IMG/VR virus record: IMGVR_UViG_3300041585_000108
Span: 1 to 64,000 of that record
Strand: one strand, 5' to 3'
DNA length: 64,000 bases
From: a virus
Program-made: the position numbers and the translations under genes
The notes under the pieces: model-generated
Database searches by the model: none
Seen by the model: only the letters and a program-made list of their open reading frames with translations
What the model was told of the DNA's origin: nothing
Part shown: piece after piece, positions 1-8,517 of the stretch
Numbering within the stretch: position 1 is the stretch's first letter
Layout: each line of letters starts with the position of its first letter

Positions 1-202
1 TTGGCATTGGTTTCTTTTCAAATAATGCTAAACCCTTTAAGCGAAGATCGAGCATCCACTGTGGCTCAGATTTCTTTTGTGAAATATCGCGAACTACTTC
101 TTCGTTAATTCCACGCTTGGCATTTTTGCCAGCATCACTTTTATCTGACCAACCGTACTCGTAGTTTCCGAGGCCTTCTAGTTCTGGATGTGCAGTACTC
201 AC
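1..202 (-). CDS. sufB: Fe-S cluster assembly protein SufB, 5' end (runs off window)
   Basis: Manual translation from GTG at 202: MSTAHPELEGLGNYEYGWSDKSDAGKNAKRGINEEVVRDISQKKSEPQWMLDLRLKGLALFEKKPMP, the typical actinobacterial SufB N-terminus; not in the ORF track. Confidence 0.9.
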   Translation of the reverse strand, partial: MSTAHPELEGLGNYEYGWSDKSDAGKNAKRGINEEVVRDISQKKSEPQWMLDLRLKGLALFEKKPMP

Positions 203-224
203 TTTTGCCCCTTAGAATAGGTAA

Positions 225-288
225 GATCTTGCCGATTTAAGAAATTATGGCACAAAAATACCATAGATCTATTAATTTCGGCAAGATC
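225..288. repeat. Inverted repeat GATCTTGCCGA (225-235) / TCGGCAAGATC (278-288) upstream of sufB
   Basis: Perfect 11-bp arms; inner TATGG/CCATA pair; brackets a CATAAT -10-like hexamer on the minus strand. Confidence 0.8.
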
Positions 289-356
289 GTTTCGAAAATC
301 TAACACTCCTTGTGTTAAGTTTTTCATTCTCCCACCTCTCTTAGTGCACTAAAAAT

Positions 357-403
357 CTTTTTGTATCCAGAATTATGCTCTTTTTGTATCCGAAATTATG
401 CTC
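357..403. repeat. Tandem direct repeat, 2 x ~23 bp (CTTTTTGTATCC-AG/GA-AATTATGCTC)
   Basis: Read directly from the sequence. Confidence 0.85.
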
Positions 404-471
404 TGCCAAGTTATTCAAAGCTATCTCCCTTAACTTGGAATAATGATACTGTTAATACAAGTTAATAGGCT

Positions 472-630
472 CTACGCTACCTCACAACCAACTCCTACAC
501 TACCTTGTAGCCACCTTACGGTGTCAAGATCGTATTCATTTATTATGTCTTGTGCTATCTGTTCACGAACTGCTTGTGCCATCATATCAAACTCAGCCTC
601 TGTTGTCAATGGGGAACCATCAACTCGCAT
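472..630 (-). CDS. Small hypothetical protein (MRVDGSPL...)
   Basis: 3' part of track ORF 472..702; ATG at 630 has a GGGAG SD and upstream TATAAT. Confidence 0.5.
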   Translation of the reverse strand: MRVDGSPLTTEAEFDMMAQAVREQIAQDIINEYDLDTVRWLQGSVGVGCEVA

Positions 631-661
631 GGTATTTAAAACTCCCGACTTTAGAGTTTTA

Positions 662-865
662 TTATACTTGACCCCATTTGACCTTATTCCAACCGCGTTC
701 ATGAAAATAATAAAAAACTGTCTTGGTTAAAACCTCAAAGCCAGCAATAGAAGCGGCTGTTATTGCCTTATGGGTAATAAAATAGGACAAAAGAAAAGTA
801 TCAGCCGTGCCAATTATTCGCCACGAGATTGCCTTAACAAAAGAGCGTTTCTTTGTTACCTTCAA
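662..865 (-). CDS. DUF2061-like small membrane protein
   Basis: RSxxKAISWR...YYFHERxW signature; usual neighbour of phage cysC. Confidence 0.8.
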   Translation of the reverse strand: MKVTKKRSFVKAISWRIIGTADTFLLSYFITHKAITAASIAGFEVLTKTVFYYFHERGWNKVKWGQV

Positions 866-898
866 TGTCCTGCTCCAAAGGCAAGAAAATTAAGAATT

Positions 899-1654
899 TT
901 AGATACCCATTTCTTTTCTTTTTTGAGTAGCCGAGATTGCTTCAATTTCATCACCGAGTTTAACCTGTTCAATTTTATACCCCACATCTCGCCCATAGAC
1001 GATATTAGTAATATTTGGAAATTTAACAACCATAGAATTAGACATCTTAGGGTCTTTTTCAATATAGGTCTTAACTTCAATGAAAGTTAATGGGTCTTTC
1101 TCGCTTGTTTTATAAGTATTTCGAACACCCAGAACTACCTGTTTTGTGCGCTTACCAGCCTCATCAAATAGGGCATGGTGTCCATCATGCCACGGTTGAT
1201 AGCGACCAAGCATAAGAGTAGTTGGCTCACGCCAATCATGTAAGTTAAACAGCTCAATAACCTGTTTTACCTCTTCTTCAATGGTTTGACCCAGCTTTAT
1301 TTCAAGGTCAAATTTCTCTGGATTTACCCATAAAGCATTAGTATCTGCAAAGCGACTCTCATGAATTCTGTTCACCCATATTAAAATATCAGGCGTACCA
1401 AATGCCAATCTTGTTTCATTGGTTGGGCATATAAAGTCTACGATAACAATTTGATTTTGGATAGAGAGCATTTTTGCCATTTCACCAAGTCTGCGAGCGT
1501 GTTCAATCCTATCTTCAATATTAAAACCAAGGTCAGAGTTTATGGTTGCCCTCACATAATCTGCATTTATATGTGTGGCATTTATGCGATCAGCCAGTTC
1601 AATCGCCAAAGATGTCTTGCCAGAACCCGCTAAACCTATAATTTGAATTATCAT
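899..1654 (-). CDS. cysC: Adenylyl-sulfate kinase-like P-loop domain fused to an HxGH nucleotidyltransferase domain
   Basis: GLAGSGKT P-loop, DLGF..EDRIE motif; C-terminal GRYQPWHDGH and YGRDVGY...ISAT. Confidence 0.8.
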   Translation of the reverse strand: MIIQIIGLAGSGKTSLAIELADRINATHINADYVRATINSDLGFNIEDRIEHARRLGEMAKMLSIQNQIVIVDFICPTNETRLAFGTPDILIWVNRIHESRFADTNALWVNPEKFDLEIKLGQTIEEEVKQVIELFNLHDWREPTTLMLGRYQPWHDGHHALFDEAGKRTKQVVLGVRNTYKTSEKDPLTFIEVKTYIEKDPKMSNSMVVKFPNITNIVYGRDVGYKIEQVKLGDEIEAISATQKRKEMGI

Positions 1655-1776
1655 AAGATGATTGCCTGATAGATTGTATTAAGTTCTTCAACCGCTGCTG
1701 CGAACTCAAGTCCATGATGGTTTGTCCACTCCCCTGTATTAAAACTAGATTGATTAGTATGCCTATCTTTAATCAT
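1651..1776 (-). CDS. Small hypothetical protein
   Basis: Non-overlapping part of track ORF 1651..1845; ATGA overlap with cysC. Confidence 0.45.
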   Translation of the reverse strand: MIKDRHTNQSSFNTGEWTNHHGLEFAAAVEELNTIYQAIIL

Positions 1777-1792
1777 TTTAATCAACCCTTTT

Positions 1793-2125
1793 TTATCCAA
1801 AAGAATCACCACAAGCACAAGACCCACCAGCGTTTGGATTATCAATAGTAAATCCTATTTTCTCAATAGTCTCTACATAGTCCATAGTAGATCCCTCTAA
1901 ATAAGGCATAGACATTTTATCTATTCTGATATCAAACCCAGTAGTATAGGGCATAACTATATCTCCTTCTTTAATCTCGTAATCAAAGTAGGTCTGATAT
2001 CTTAGTCCAGAGCACCCACCTGGCTGTACAGACAATCGCAAAAATTGTTTTTTGTCTGGTGTTGTAATTTGTGATTCTTTAATTAGTTCTGCAACTTTCA
2101 TTTCAGCAGCGGTAGTTAAAATCAT
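1793..2125 (-). CDS. A-type Fe-S carrier (HesB/IscA/SufA/ErpA family)
   Basis: GGCSGLRY and NPNA..SCACGDSF motifs. Confidence 0.95.
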   Translation of the reverse strand: MILTTAAEMKVAELIKESQITTPDKKQFLRLSVQPGGCSGLRYQTYFDYEIKEGDIVMPYTTGFDIRIDKMSMPYLEGSTMDYVETIEKIGFTIDNPNAGGSCACGDSFG

Positions 2126-2734
2126 TTGTTCTCCATATCATCATCCATTGCACCACAACTAACACAAGTTACTTGTCCATCTAAGTCTATTTCATACTCG
2201 CAGGCATGTGTCATGCTTCACACATTAGACATATTAAGTTTCCTGATGGATGAGTTAGTCCTGTTATAAACCACTTCAAACATCTTATGCATTGTATTTT
2301 AGTTAAAGGATCCATCTTCTCTCCTTATCACCCTTTTAGTTTCGTTAAAACATATGTCACATATGCCTTTATATAAGTAGTCCCCCTGAATTTGTTTTTC
2401 TATATTTATTAGTTTTCCAGGAACATTTCCTTTGCAGGAATAGCAGTATGCATTAAACTCAATCAAGGGTATCTATATCCCTGTAGGGGCATACAGCATG
2501 CGCTAACTGGCAGCCAGTATTGTGTTCTGGACTACATACCTTACATGTCTTAGGAGTGTCCATAGTGGGCTAACTCCTCAAGGCATGTCTCACACAAACA
2601 ATCAAGTGTGTCTATTATAACGCTAGTCATCTCTGTCATTTGTGCTTCTTTCTCTCAAGGTGATGCAATATATTTAGGTAGGTGTTAATGGCTATTAACG
2701 ATAGTATGCCTAATTGAATTAGATGCGATGTCAT
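2122..2734 (-). CDS. Chain of six overlapping micro-ORFs (2122-2214, 2211-2315, 2299-2466, 2459-2563, 2550-2639, 2636-2734); five with CxxC motifs, one short hydrophobic peptide
   Basis: Manual translation; contiguous, with ATGA or short overlaps; below ORF-track cutoff. Confidence 0.65.
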
Positions 2735-3117
2735 TCAAAGTCTACCTGTGTCTCAAAAATATTTTTTTCTTTAATTCTCCAAGCATCCCCAGTTAATGGA
2801 TCTTCATGCCAATGATATTGCCAATAAGCATTACCTTTTGAGTCATAATCATCCCACTCAGCCTCTGCCATATCTTCTTTTAAATCTTTTAGCCATCCAT
2901 CCATGTCTATTTGATACAATGTTGACCAACAAGATGAAATTAAATCAGATATCTTCCAGGCTTTGGAATAAAAACGGTATTTAAATCCATAGTCCTGATC
3001 TTCATCTAAATAAACAGCCTTTAATAAACAAGTGCTACCAATAGAACTAATGTAGTTAGATACCCATCGCAGTGGCAGGATCTTAGTCCTGTGTACTATC
3101 ATTGAGTGCTTCAACAT
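2731..3117 (-). CDS. Hypothetical phage protein
   Basis: ORF track; GGGG SD upstream. Confidence 0.6.
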   Translation of the reverse strand: MLKHSMIVHRTKILPLRWVSNYISSIGSTCLLKAVYLDEDQDYGFKYRFYSKAWKISDLISSCWSTLYQIDMDGWLKDLKEDMAEAEWDDYDSKGNAYWQYHWHEDPLTGDAWRIKEKNIFETQVDFE

Positions 3118-3205
3118 CTTTCCCCCATTCTAGTCTGCCGTCTTTATAAGCAGGCTAATATGCTAATGACCGCCAGTTTATTTTTATTATTTTAGGCTGT
3201 TTTAT
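3083..3205 (-). pseudogene. Probable inactivated small gene (ATA at leaderless start position; internal TAG at 3155-3157)
   Basis: ATA lies 6 nt after the -10 box, where other leaderless genes here have ATG; frame reads KQPKIIKINWRSLAY*PAYKDGRLEWGKD. Confidence 0.5.
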
Positions 3206-3211
3206 ATTTTT

Positions 3212-3240
3212 AGTATACTATATTCTACAAATGAAGTCAA
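3212..3240 (-). promoter_or_regulatory. SigA-type promoter TTGACT-17-TATACT
   Basis: Consensus hexamers with 17-bp spacer. Confidence 0.7.
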
Positions 3241-3254
3241 TAGATTATGTTAAT

Positions 3255-3926
3255 CTAATCGTAATTTTTTCTTTTCCATGATGTTTTTTTATACCAATCT
3301 TTTGCCTTTGATCTTCTATATTTTTTTGAGCTTTCAAACAATCCTATTTCTATTTCTGTTTTCCATGAGTCATTGCCAAATGGAATTATTTGAGCTACTG
3401 GGGTTCCAGCTTTTATTACTCCCTCAAATCCTTGTTTTACATAAAATGGTATTGCTCCATGAGGAATTAAAGTAAACTCTCCATCTATTACTCCACTTAA
3501 TGTTGTAAATGGAAGATCATGTCTGTTTAATGGATGAGTAAATAGAATGCTTGCCCCCGTGGGTATGGTTAAAGCAGTGCATAAATCCCAAGCAAATTCT
3601 GTGCTATAGTGATTAAATGGAATAATTGAAATGCTTTCTGCATCTCTAGTAGAACCATTGTATATACTTCCGTCCAATAATTTAATTTCTGGGTTTTTAT
3701 TACTACAAATAACTTCTATGTCATAGGGAAGGCTTACGATATACCCAGTTAAAAATGCATCTAAAAAGGGCATACATTTTTTTAAACTATTAATTTTTTC
3801 AGATTTGTACCACTCTGGTATAAAATTTTTAGATGGGAGTATAGAATCTTTTTGTAAAGATTCATACTTTATTATGTATTTTGACAATTTAAGTCTAATT
3901 TGAAGATAACGATATACTGCTTTCAA
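3255..3926 (-). CDS. Hypothetical protein, DUF6065-like phage family (true start probably TTG near 3887)
   Basis: KCMPFLDA..TGY and GTPVAQIIPF motifs; similar motif in 27444..28148. Confidence 0.55.
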   Translation of the reverse strand: MKAVYRYLQIRLKLSKYIIKYESLQKDSILPSKNFIPEWYKSEKINSLKKCMPFLDAFLTGYIVSLPYDIEVICSNKNPEIKLLDGSIYNGSTRDAESISIIPFNHYSTEFAWDLCTALTIPTGASILFTHPLNRHDLPFTTLSGVIDGEFTLIPHGAIPFYVKQGFEGVIKAGTPVAQIIPFGNDSWKTEIEIGLFESSKKYRRSKAKDWYKKTSWKRKNYD

Positions 3927-4356
3927 CTTCCTCTATTGTGGTATGAGGAGGCATAAATTTAATAGTGTCATTAGCCACTATAAATTTACTAAAATTCCAA
4001 GGGATACTTTCTAGATTAGATTTTAAAGCTAAATGTTTAAATAACGGATGAGAATCTTCGCCATTAACATCAATTTTTTTTGACATTAAAAAGCTAACAC
4101 TATAATTTTTTTGACAAAAATCTTTAATTTCTTCATCTGTTCCAGGCTCTTGTGAGTTAAATTGATTGCAGGGAAACCCCACTATGACCAATCCCTGATC
4201 TAAATATTTTTTATGCAGCGACTGCAAGCCTTCGTACTGTTCTGTAAAACCACAATTACTAGCAACATTTACTAGCAACAAAATATTATCTTTAAATTTA
4301 GATAAATTAACAATATTGTTATTGTTGTCTGTAAAACTATAATCATAAATTGACAT
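3895..4356 (-). CDS. Glutathione peroxidase family protein
   Basis: NVASNCGFT, GFPCNQF..QEPG and WNFSKF motifs. Confidence 0.95.
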   Translation of the reverse strand: MSIYDYSFTDNNNNIVNLSKFKDNILLLVNVASNCGFTEQYEGLQSLHKKYLDQGLVIVGFPCNQFNSQEPGTDEEIKDFCQKNYSVSFLMSKKIDVNGEDSHPLFKHLALKSNLESIPWNFSKFIVANDTIKFMPPHTTIEEVESSISLSSN

Positions 4357-4406
4357 AATAATCCTTTTCTATAAATACTAAAATGCTTTATGTAATAATT
4401 ATACTA

Positions 4407-4649
4407 TTATAAACAAAATTTGTCAATGGGGGTATACCTGTGTTGGTCCATTAATATTTCGTAATATAACATCTCTGGAATATCATGGCCAGCGCTTAAA
4501 TGTTCTTTTATGTGGATAAAAAGATGCTCATCATCTTTAATCACTTCAGAATCAGCATTTTTTGATAGCCAGCAGGCTGCACAGCATATGTACCCTAATA
4601 CGTGAGGATATATATATATATCACTTTCAAAAAACCTACTATAAGACAT
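4407..4649 (-). CDS. Hypothetical protein
   Basis: ORF track. Confidence 0.6.
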   Translation of the reverse strand: MSYSRFFESDIYIYPHVLGYICCAACWLSKNADSEVIKDDEHLFIHIKEHLSAGHDIPEMLYYEILMDQHRYTPIDKFCL

Positions 4650-4652
4650 TTA

Positions 4653-4778
4653 TTATCCCATGTGTTTAAAATGAAAATGATCTTCGCATACATTTATAAT
4701 TTCACCAGTTTTTAATTCTGGCTCACTGTATTTGCTATCTTCCAAGCAATAAAAACATGGGGGGGTATTTGTGTCCAT
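4653..4778 (-). CDS. Small Zn-finger-like protein (CFYC...CEDH), leaderless
   Basis: Manual translation; TATAAT 6 nt before ATG. Confidence 0.6.
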   Translation of the reverse strand: MDTNTPPCFYCLEDSKYSEPELKTGEIINVCEDHFHFKHMG

Positions 4779-4795
4779 AACCATATTATATCAGA

Positions 4796-5371
4796 TTATT
4801 CTTTATCATAAAAAGAAACTGGATGCTCATAAATATATGTTTGAGTCATATATCTATTTCCATTTAATATTTCTAAGACTTCGTGCTGTTTATCACTTGG
4901 AAAAATTACCATTGACCCAGCTTTTGGCTTTATGCATAGATCATCATGGATAAAATCAATCTCTCCCCCAACATAGTCATCATTTATATATAAAATTGCA
5001 GTTAAAGATGGCTTAACATTATTTCCATCTTTTTTTACATAGCTATATGCATCACTGTGAGCAGACATTTTAGATCCAGCATTGTATTCTCTAACTAAAA
5101 GCCAGTCGTGACCAACGTTATCATCGTTAAAGCTTAAACCATTACATAAAGAATATTCTGCTACGCAATCAAAAAATGTTTTAATAATTTTTGAATGTAG
5201 TTCCTCTCCTTTATGCAATATTGCAGCACGACCGATTATTGTTTCTCCGCCACCTTTATTTGTATAATATTCCCACCTGTTTTTTTGAATAGAATCAATA
5301 AACTCATTTGAATTTTCTAAAACATTGTGCCATTGCCATATTCCATTTTTTTTATTAACCACTTTATTCAT
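4796..5371 (-). CDS. 2OG-Fe(II) oxygenase (prolyl 4-hydroxylase-like)
   Basis: HSD...LYINDDYVGGE...HEV...RY. Confidence 0.9.
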   Translation of the reverse strand: MNKVVNKKNGIWQWHNVLENSNEFIDSIQKNRWEYYTNKGGGETIIGRAAILHKGEELHSKIIKTFFDCVAEYSLCNGLSFNDDNVGHDWLLVREYNAGSKMSAHSDAYSYVKKDGNNVKPSLTAILYINDDYVGGEIDFIHDDLCIKPKAGSMVIFPSDKQHEVLEILNGNRYMTQTYIYEHPVSFYDKE

Positions 5372-5492
5372 TATTTACCTCTACTGTAGTTGAACATCTT
5401 TCACAATAATTGTATTTTTTCCCAGTAAAAGGGCATGATCCAGCTTCTTTAAGAGCATGACCTTTTATCTTACAAAAAATAAACTTAATCAA
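5364..5492 (-). CDS. Small Cys/His Zn-binding protein
   Basis: Manual translation: FCKIKGH...CPFTG..YNYCERC. Confidence 0.55.
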   Translation of the reverse strand: MIKFIFCKIKGHALKEAGSCPFTGKKYNYCERCSTTVEVNNE

Positions 5493-6031
5493 TTATTTTC
5501 CTTTATTATTTCATTAATTATACTATTTAATTCTAGCACACCATGATTATTAATCAAGGTATTGTCAAATTTATAGTTATCTAGATCTGTTTCGGATGGA
5601 TGACCAGTAACTGGACCAACATCCTTTCGAATAATTCTCCAAATTTTTCCACCTTTGGACCTTATTGCATCTGCTTCATTTTTAAATCTAACATCACTGA
5701 TTACAACTTTTTCATTTTTGATATTATTTAACACAATATCAACCCAAAAATTTTCTCCAAACAGATCTCTTCCAACTTCTGTGCCAAAAACTTGAAGAAG
5801 CCTACGAATTTCTGGAACAGACTCTTTAGCTTTGTCTAAACCGTATACGTCTACAATATTTTTATATCTAAGGCTACTAATTTCATCTACCTTTACTATG
5901 GGGTTTAGCCTATACATTGCTTCTTTCATTGGAGCCGCAAAGGACATTTTAATAAACTCATTATGCTTTATTAAATAATCTGCAACAGTATCTTTGCCAG
6001 ATCTAGCATATCCACTTAAGCCAATAATCAT
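5489..6031 (-). CDS. Deoxynucleoside monophosphate kinase
   Basis: IIGLSGYARSGKDT, RRLLQVFGTEVGR, ISDVRFKNE and HPSE motifs. Confidence 0.9.
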   Translation of the reverse strand: MIIGLSGYARSGKDTVADYLIKHNEFIKMSFAAPMKEAMYRLNPIVKVDEISSLRYKNIVDVYGLDKAKESVPEIRRLLQVFGTEVGRDLFGENFWVDIVLNNIKNEKVVISDVRFKNEADAIRSKGGKIWRIIRKDVGPVTGHPSETDLDNYKFDNTLINNHGVLELNSIINEIIKENN

Positions 6032-6525
6032 CTTTTTACGCCATCCCATGTTCCTATTTTAGTTGTAGGTATTCCATTAGATTCCCATAGATTAATGATG
6101 TCTGGGTTATCGTCTACTGCATGCTTTACATCCCAATACTCATTAATTTTTTCTAAAATTTCTTTTTTTATTTCGTAATCTGATCTAAAGTCATTTTCTT
6201 TTCTCATAAACAATGCGTCGTGAGGCACATTATTATTTTTTAGCCACCTAGATGTAAGTGCCCTATAATTTTCATTTCTTGCAGTCACTATAACAATATC
6301 TGAATCATTACATGCTGACCAAACCATGTCAATAACTTCTTTATGGGGGTCACAATTAATTGATTCTGTGTGAAACATATCATAGTATTTTTTAAATGAC
6401 TCGTGTTCTCTATCTTTATTGGTTATCCAGTGAATTACAGAATCTACATTGACTAAAGTTCCATCTACATCAAATATCCAACAATGCTTTTTTTTAATTT
6501 TTTTCTCTTTTCTTTTTTGTATCAC
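6028..6525 (-). CDS. HAD-family phosphatase (polynucleotide kinase 3'-phosphatase-like)
   Basis: FDVDGTL, VTAR, RSDYEIK and VDD motifs; track start lies inside tRNA-Lys, so GTG at 6525 was used. Confidence 0.85.
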   Translation of the reverse strand: MIQKRKEKKIKKKHCWIFDVDGTLVNVDSVIHWITNKDREHESFKKYYDMFHTESINCDPHKEVIDMVWSACNDSDIVIVTARNENYRALTSRWLKNNNVPHDALFMRKENDFRSDYEIKKEILEKINEYWDVKHAVDDNPDIINLWESNGIPTTKIGTWDGVKR

Positions 6526-6528
6526 CAG

Positions 6529-6601
6529 TGTCCCCAGATGGGCTTGAACCATCGACCCGCAGATTAAAAGTCTGCTGCTCTACCAACTGAGCTATAAGAA
6601 C
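6529..6601 (-). tRNA. tRNA-Lys (TTT)
   Basis: Cloverleaf GTTCTTATAGCTCAGTTGGTAGAGC...CTTTTAA...GGTTCAAGCC; three G-U pairs in acceptor stem. Confidence 0.9.
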
Positions 6602-6605
6602 ATTG

Positions 6606-6678
6606 CTGTCCCACCAGGCCTCGATCCTGGGACATCCAAATTAACAGTTTGGCGCTCTACCAACTGAGCTATGGGACA
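6606..6678 (-). tRNA. tRNA-Asn (GTT)
   Basis: TGTCCCA/TGGGACA acceptor stem, CTGTTAA anticodon loop, G discriminator; atypical T-loop ATCGAGG. Confidence 0.85.
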
Positions 6679-6687
6679 TTTAATAAT

Positions 6688-6716
6688 ATTATACTATTTT
6701 AAAAAAAATTAGTCAA
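6688..6716 (-). promoter_or_regulatory. SigA-type promoter TTGACT-17-TATAAT for the tRNA pair
   Basis: Near-perfect consensus. Confidence 0.8.
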
Positions 6717-6719
6717 TAG

Positions 6720-7379
6720 CTATTCATCGCTTACTGGCTTATAGTTAATTAATTCTAAAATACGATCAGAATCAAATCCTTCGAAAGCTTTTTCTTTATC
6801 TGATGTAGCCCAAAAGATTATTGCATATTTATTTCCAGAAGTAATTCTTTTCCCACCATGCCATAATCCTGATGGGAATAAAGAAAGCGAGTTAGCTTCT
6901 GGCTTAATGCAAACTCCACCCATAGAGTTTTCATATAATGGGAAAGATGATTCTGAAGTAAACTCTTCTAAAAATGCAGCCTCTCCGCCTTCATAATCAT
7001 CATTAAGATAAAGGACTCCGCTATAAGACAAAGATGGGAAGTCTCCGTGAGCATCTTGATGAATTCTTAACTGTATGTCCTTGCTAAGTTTTGTTAATGA
7101 AAATCCATAAAAATATTGAGTTTCATCTGAGGGCAAATGACTAGATTGGTTTTCCATAAACTTGTTTGCATATTTCATGCATATTCCTTCTATGTCTTTA
7201 AAAAGAGTTGCTGGTTTTTCATCTGGAAAAACTGCTCTGACCGCAAGCCCCTTATTAAAAGCAATTCCTATTCTATGCCTAAACTTAGACTTATCTGAAG
7301 AGTTTTCATCAATCCAGTTTATAAAAAACTTTGCATCTTCTTTACTTATAAAGTCTTTAATCATTTTTAGTTTATCCAT
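6720..7379 (-). CDS. 2OG-Fe(II) oxygenase
   Basis: HQD...LYLNDDYEGGE...HGG. Confidence 0.88.
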   Translation of the reverse strand: MDKLKMIKDFISKEDAKFFINWIDENSSDKSKFRHRIGIAFNKGLAVRAVFPDEKPATLFKDIEGICMKYANKFMENQSSHLPSDETQYFYGFSLTKLSKDIQLRIHQDAHGDFPSLSYSGVLYLNDDYEGGEAAFLEEFTSESSFPLYENSMGGVCIKPEANSLSLFPSGLWHGGKRITSGNKYAIIFWATSDKEKAFEGFDSDRILELINYKPVSDE

Positions 7380-8517
7380 TTTTGATATCCTTTTCTTTTA
7401 TATTTGTTGCCCATATTGGCATTGCTATTCTTATTCCTGATAAAACTTTTGTTATTTCATGCAGTTCAGTAGAGTCAAAAATAACAAGGCTGCATTTTTT
7501 TGGATCAATAGTAATATTTTTATTTACAAAATTTAAATAACCTCCGTCAAAATCTTCATTTAAATAAATTACACCACTTCTAAATAAGTGTTCTGCTCCT
7601 ATATGGTTATCCGCATGCCCTGGAAGTCTAGTCCCTGGTCCTAACATTGTAAGCCATTGTGCTGCTAAATATATTTTTTCATCATCTTTAAAAAAATTAT
7701 TACACTCTAATAAAAATTTAGTAGAGTATTTTTCTAACAAATGTGAAATTTCTGGATGAACAGAAGGTTTATGTATTTCTGGCATTGCTGACTCATATCT
7801 AATTCTATTACTTTCTATAGCTTTTTGAGGCCTATAAAATCTTGTTTCATCTTTATTATTTAATTTTATATAATCTACAATAAAATCAGAATCTTTTTCG
7901 TCTATAAAATTTTCTATTATTTTAATCTTTATATTTTTAGGGGCTAATTTAATTGTTTTTATTTCGCAATTTGGCATTATGTCTATTAACAAATGAACTC
8001 TGTCTAAATCGCTATTATTTTTTACGCTATGAAGGTTAAGGTTATTTATTTCATAACAATCTCCTTGCTTCATGTGTATTTCTTCTTCGCCTACTGTATA
8101 ATAAACTTCCTCATTTGTTATTATGGGTATGTGAAATCTTCTTACTCTAGATAAATAGTCGCCACTGTCTTTGTGAGCAAAAACTTCGCTTTTAGCATTT
8201 AGTTTGATTAAAAGAATCCTTGCCGATTGACCAAACATTATTTCTTCTAGCTCTTTTACTATATGAGAAAAAAGATAAAAAGTTTCTTCATCTTTCAGCT
8301 CTTTTGAAAACAAAGTGCCTCTTTCCCAATGTAGAGAAGAGTCTTGAATTATGTATGTATTTGTATTTACATGAGGATTTGGTCTGCCTTTGTAAACTAT
8401 GCTTTGTCTAGAAACTTCAATGTCCCACTCAGACAAAAAATTTTTAACTTTATTGTTTAATTCTTTTATGTCAAAAGATTTAAGTAATTTAAAATTAAAA
8501 TTAATTTTGTTTTTCAT
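7372..8517 (-). CDS. Asp/Asn beta-hydroxylase-like domain fused to a 2OG-Fe(II) oxygenase
   Basis: HKD..RFHIPIITN..HSVKN..RVHL, then HAD..IYLNEDFDGG..HEI..R. Confidence 0.85.
   Translation of the reverse strand: MKNKINFNFKLLKSFDIKELNNKVKNFLSEWDIEVSRQSIVYKGRPNPHVNTNTYIIQDSSLHWERGTLFSKELKDEETFYLFSHIVKELEEIMFGQSARILLIKLNAKSEVFAHKDSGDYLSRVRRFHIPIITNEEVYYTVGEEEIHMKQGDCYEINNLNLHSVKNNSDLDRVHLLIDIMPNCEIKTIKLAPKNIKIKIIENFIDEKDSDFIVDYIKLNNKDETRFYRPQKAIESNRIRYESAMPEIHKPSVHPEISHLLEKYSTKFLLECNNFFKDDEKIYLAAQWLTMLGPGTRLPGHADNHIGAEHLFRSGVIYLNEDFDGGYLNFVNKNITIDPKKCSLVIFDSTELHEITKVLSGIRIAMPIWATNIKEKDIKNG

Noticed and set aside
300-900. Integrase or transposase at the left boundary
   Set aside because: No recombinase motifs in any frame of this region.
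3155-3157. TAG stop-codon reassignment
   Set aside because: Only one in-frame TAG was found, many core genes end cleanly in TAG, and there is no suppressor tRNA.
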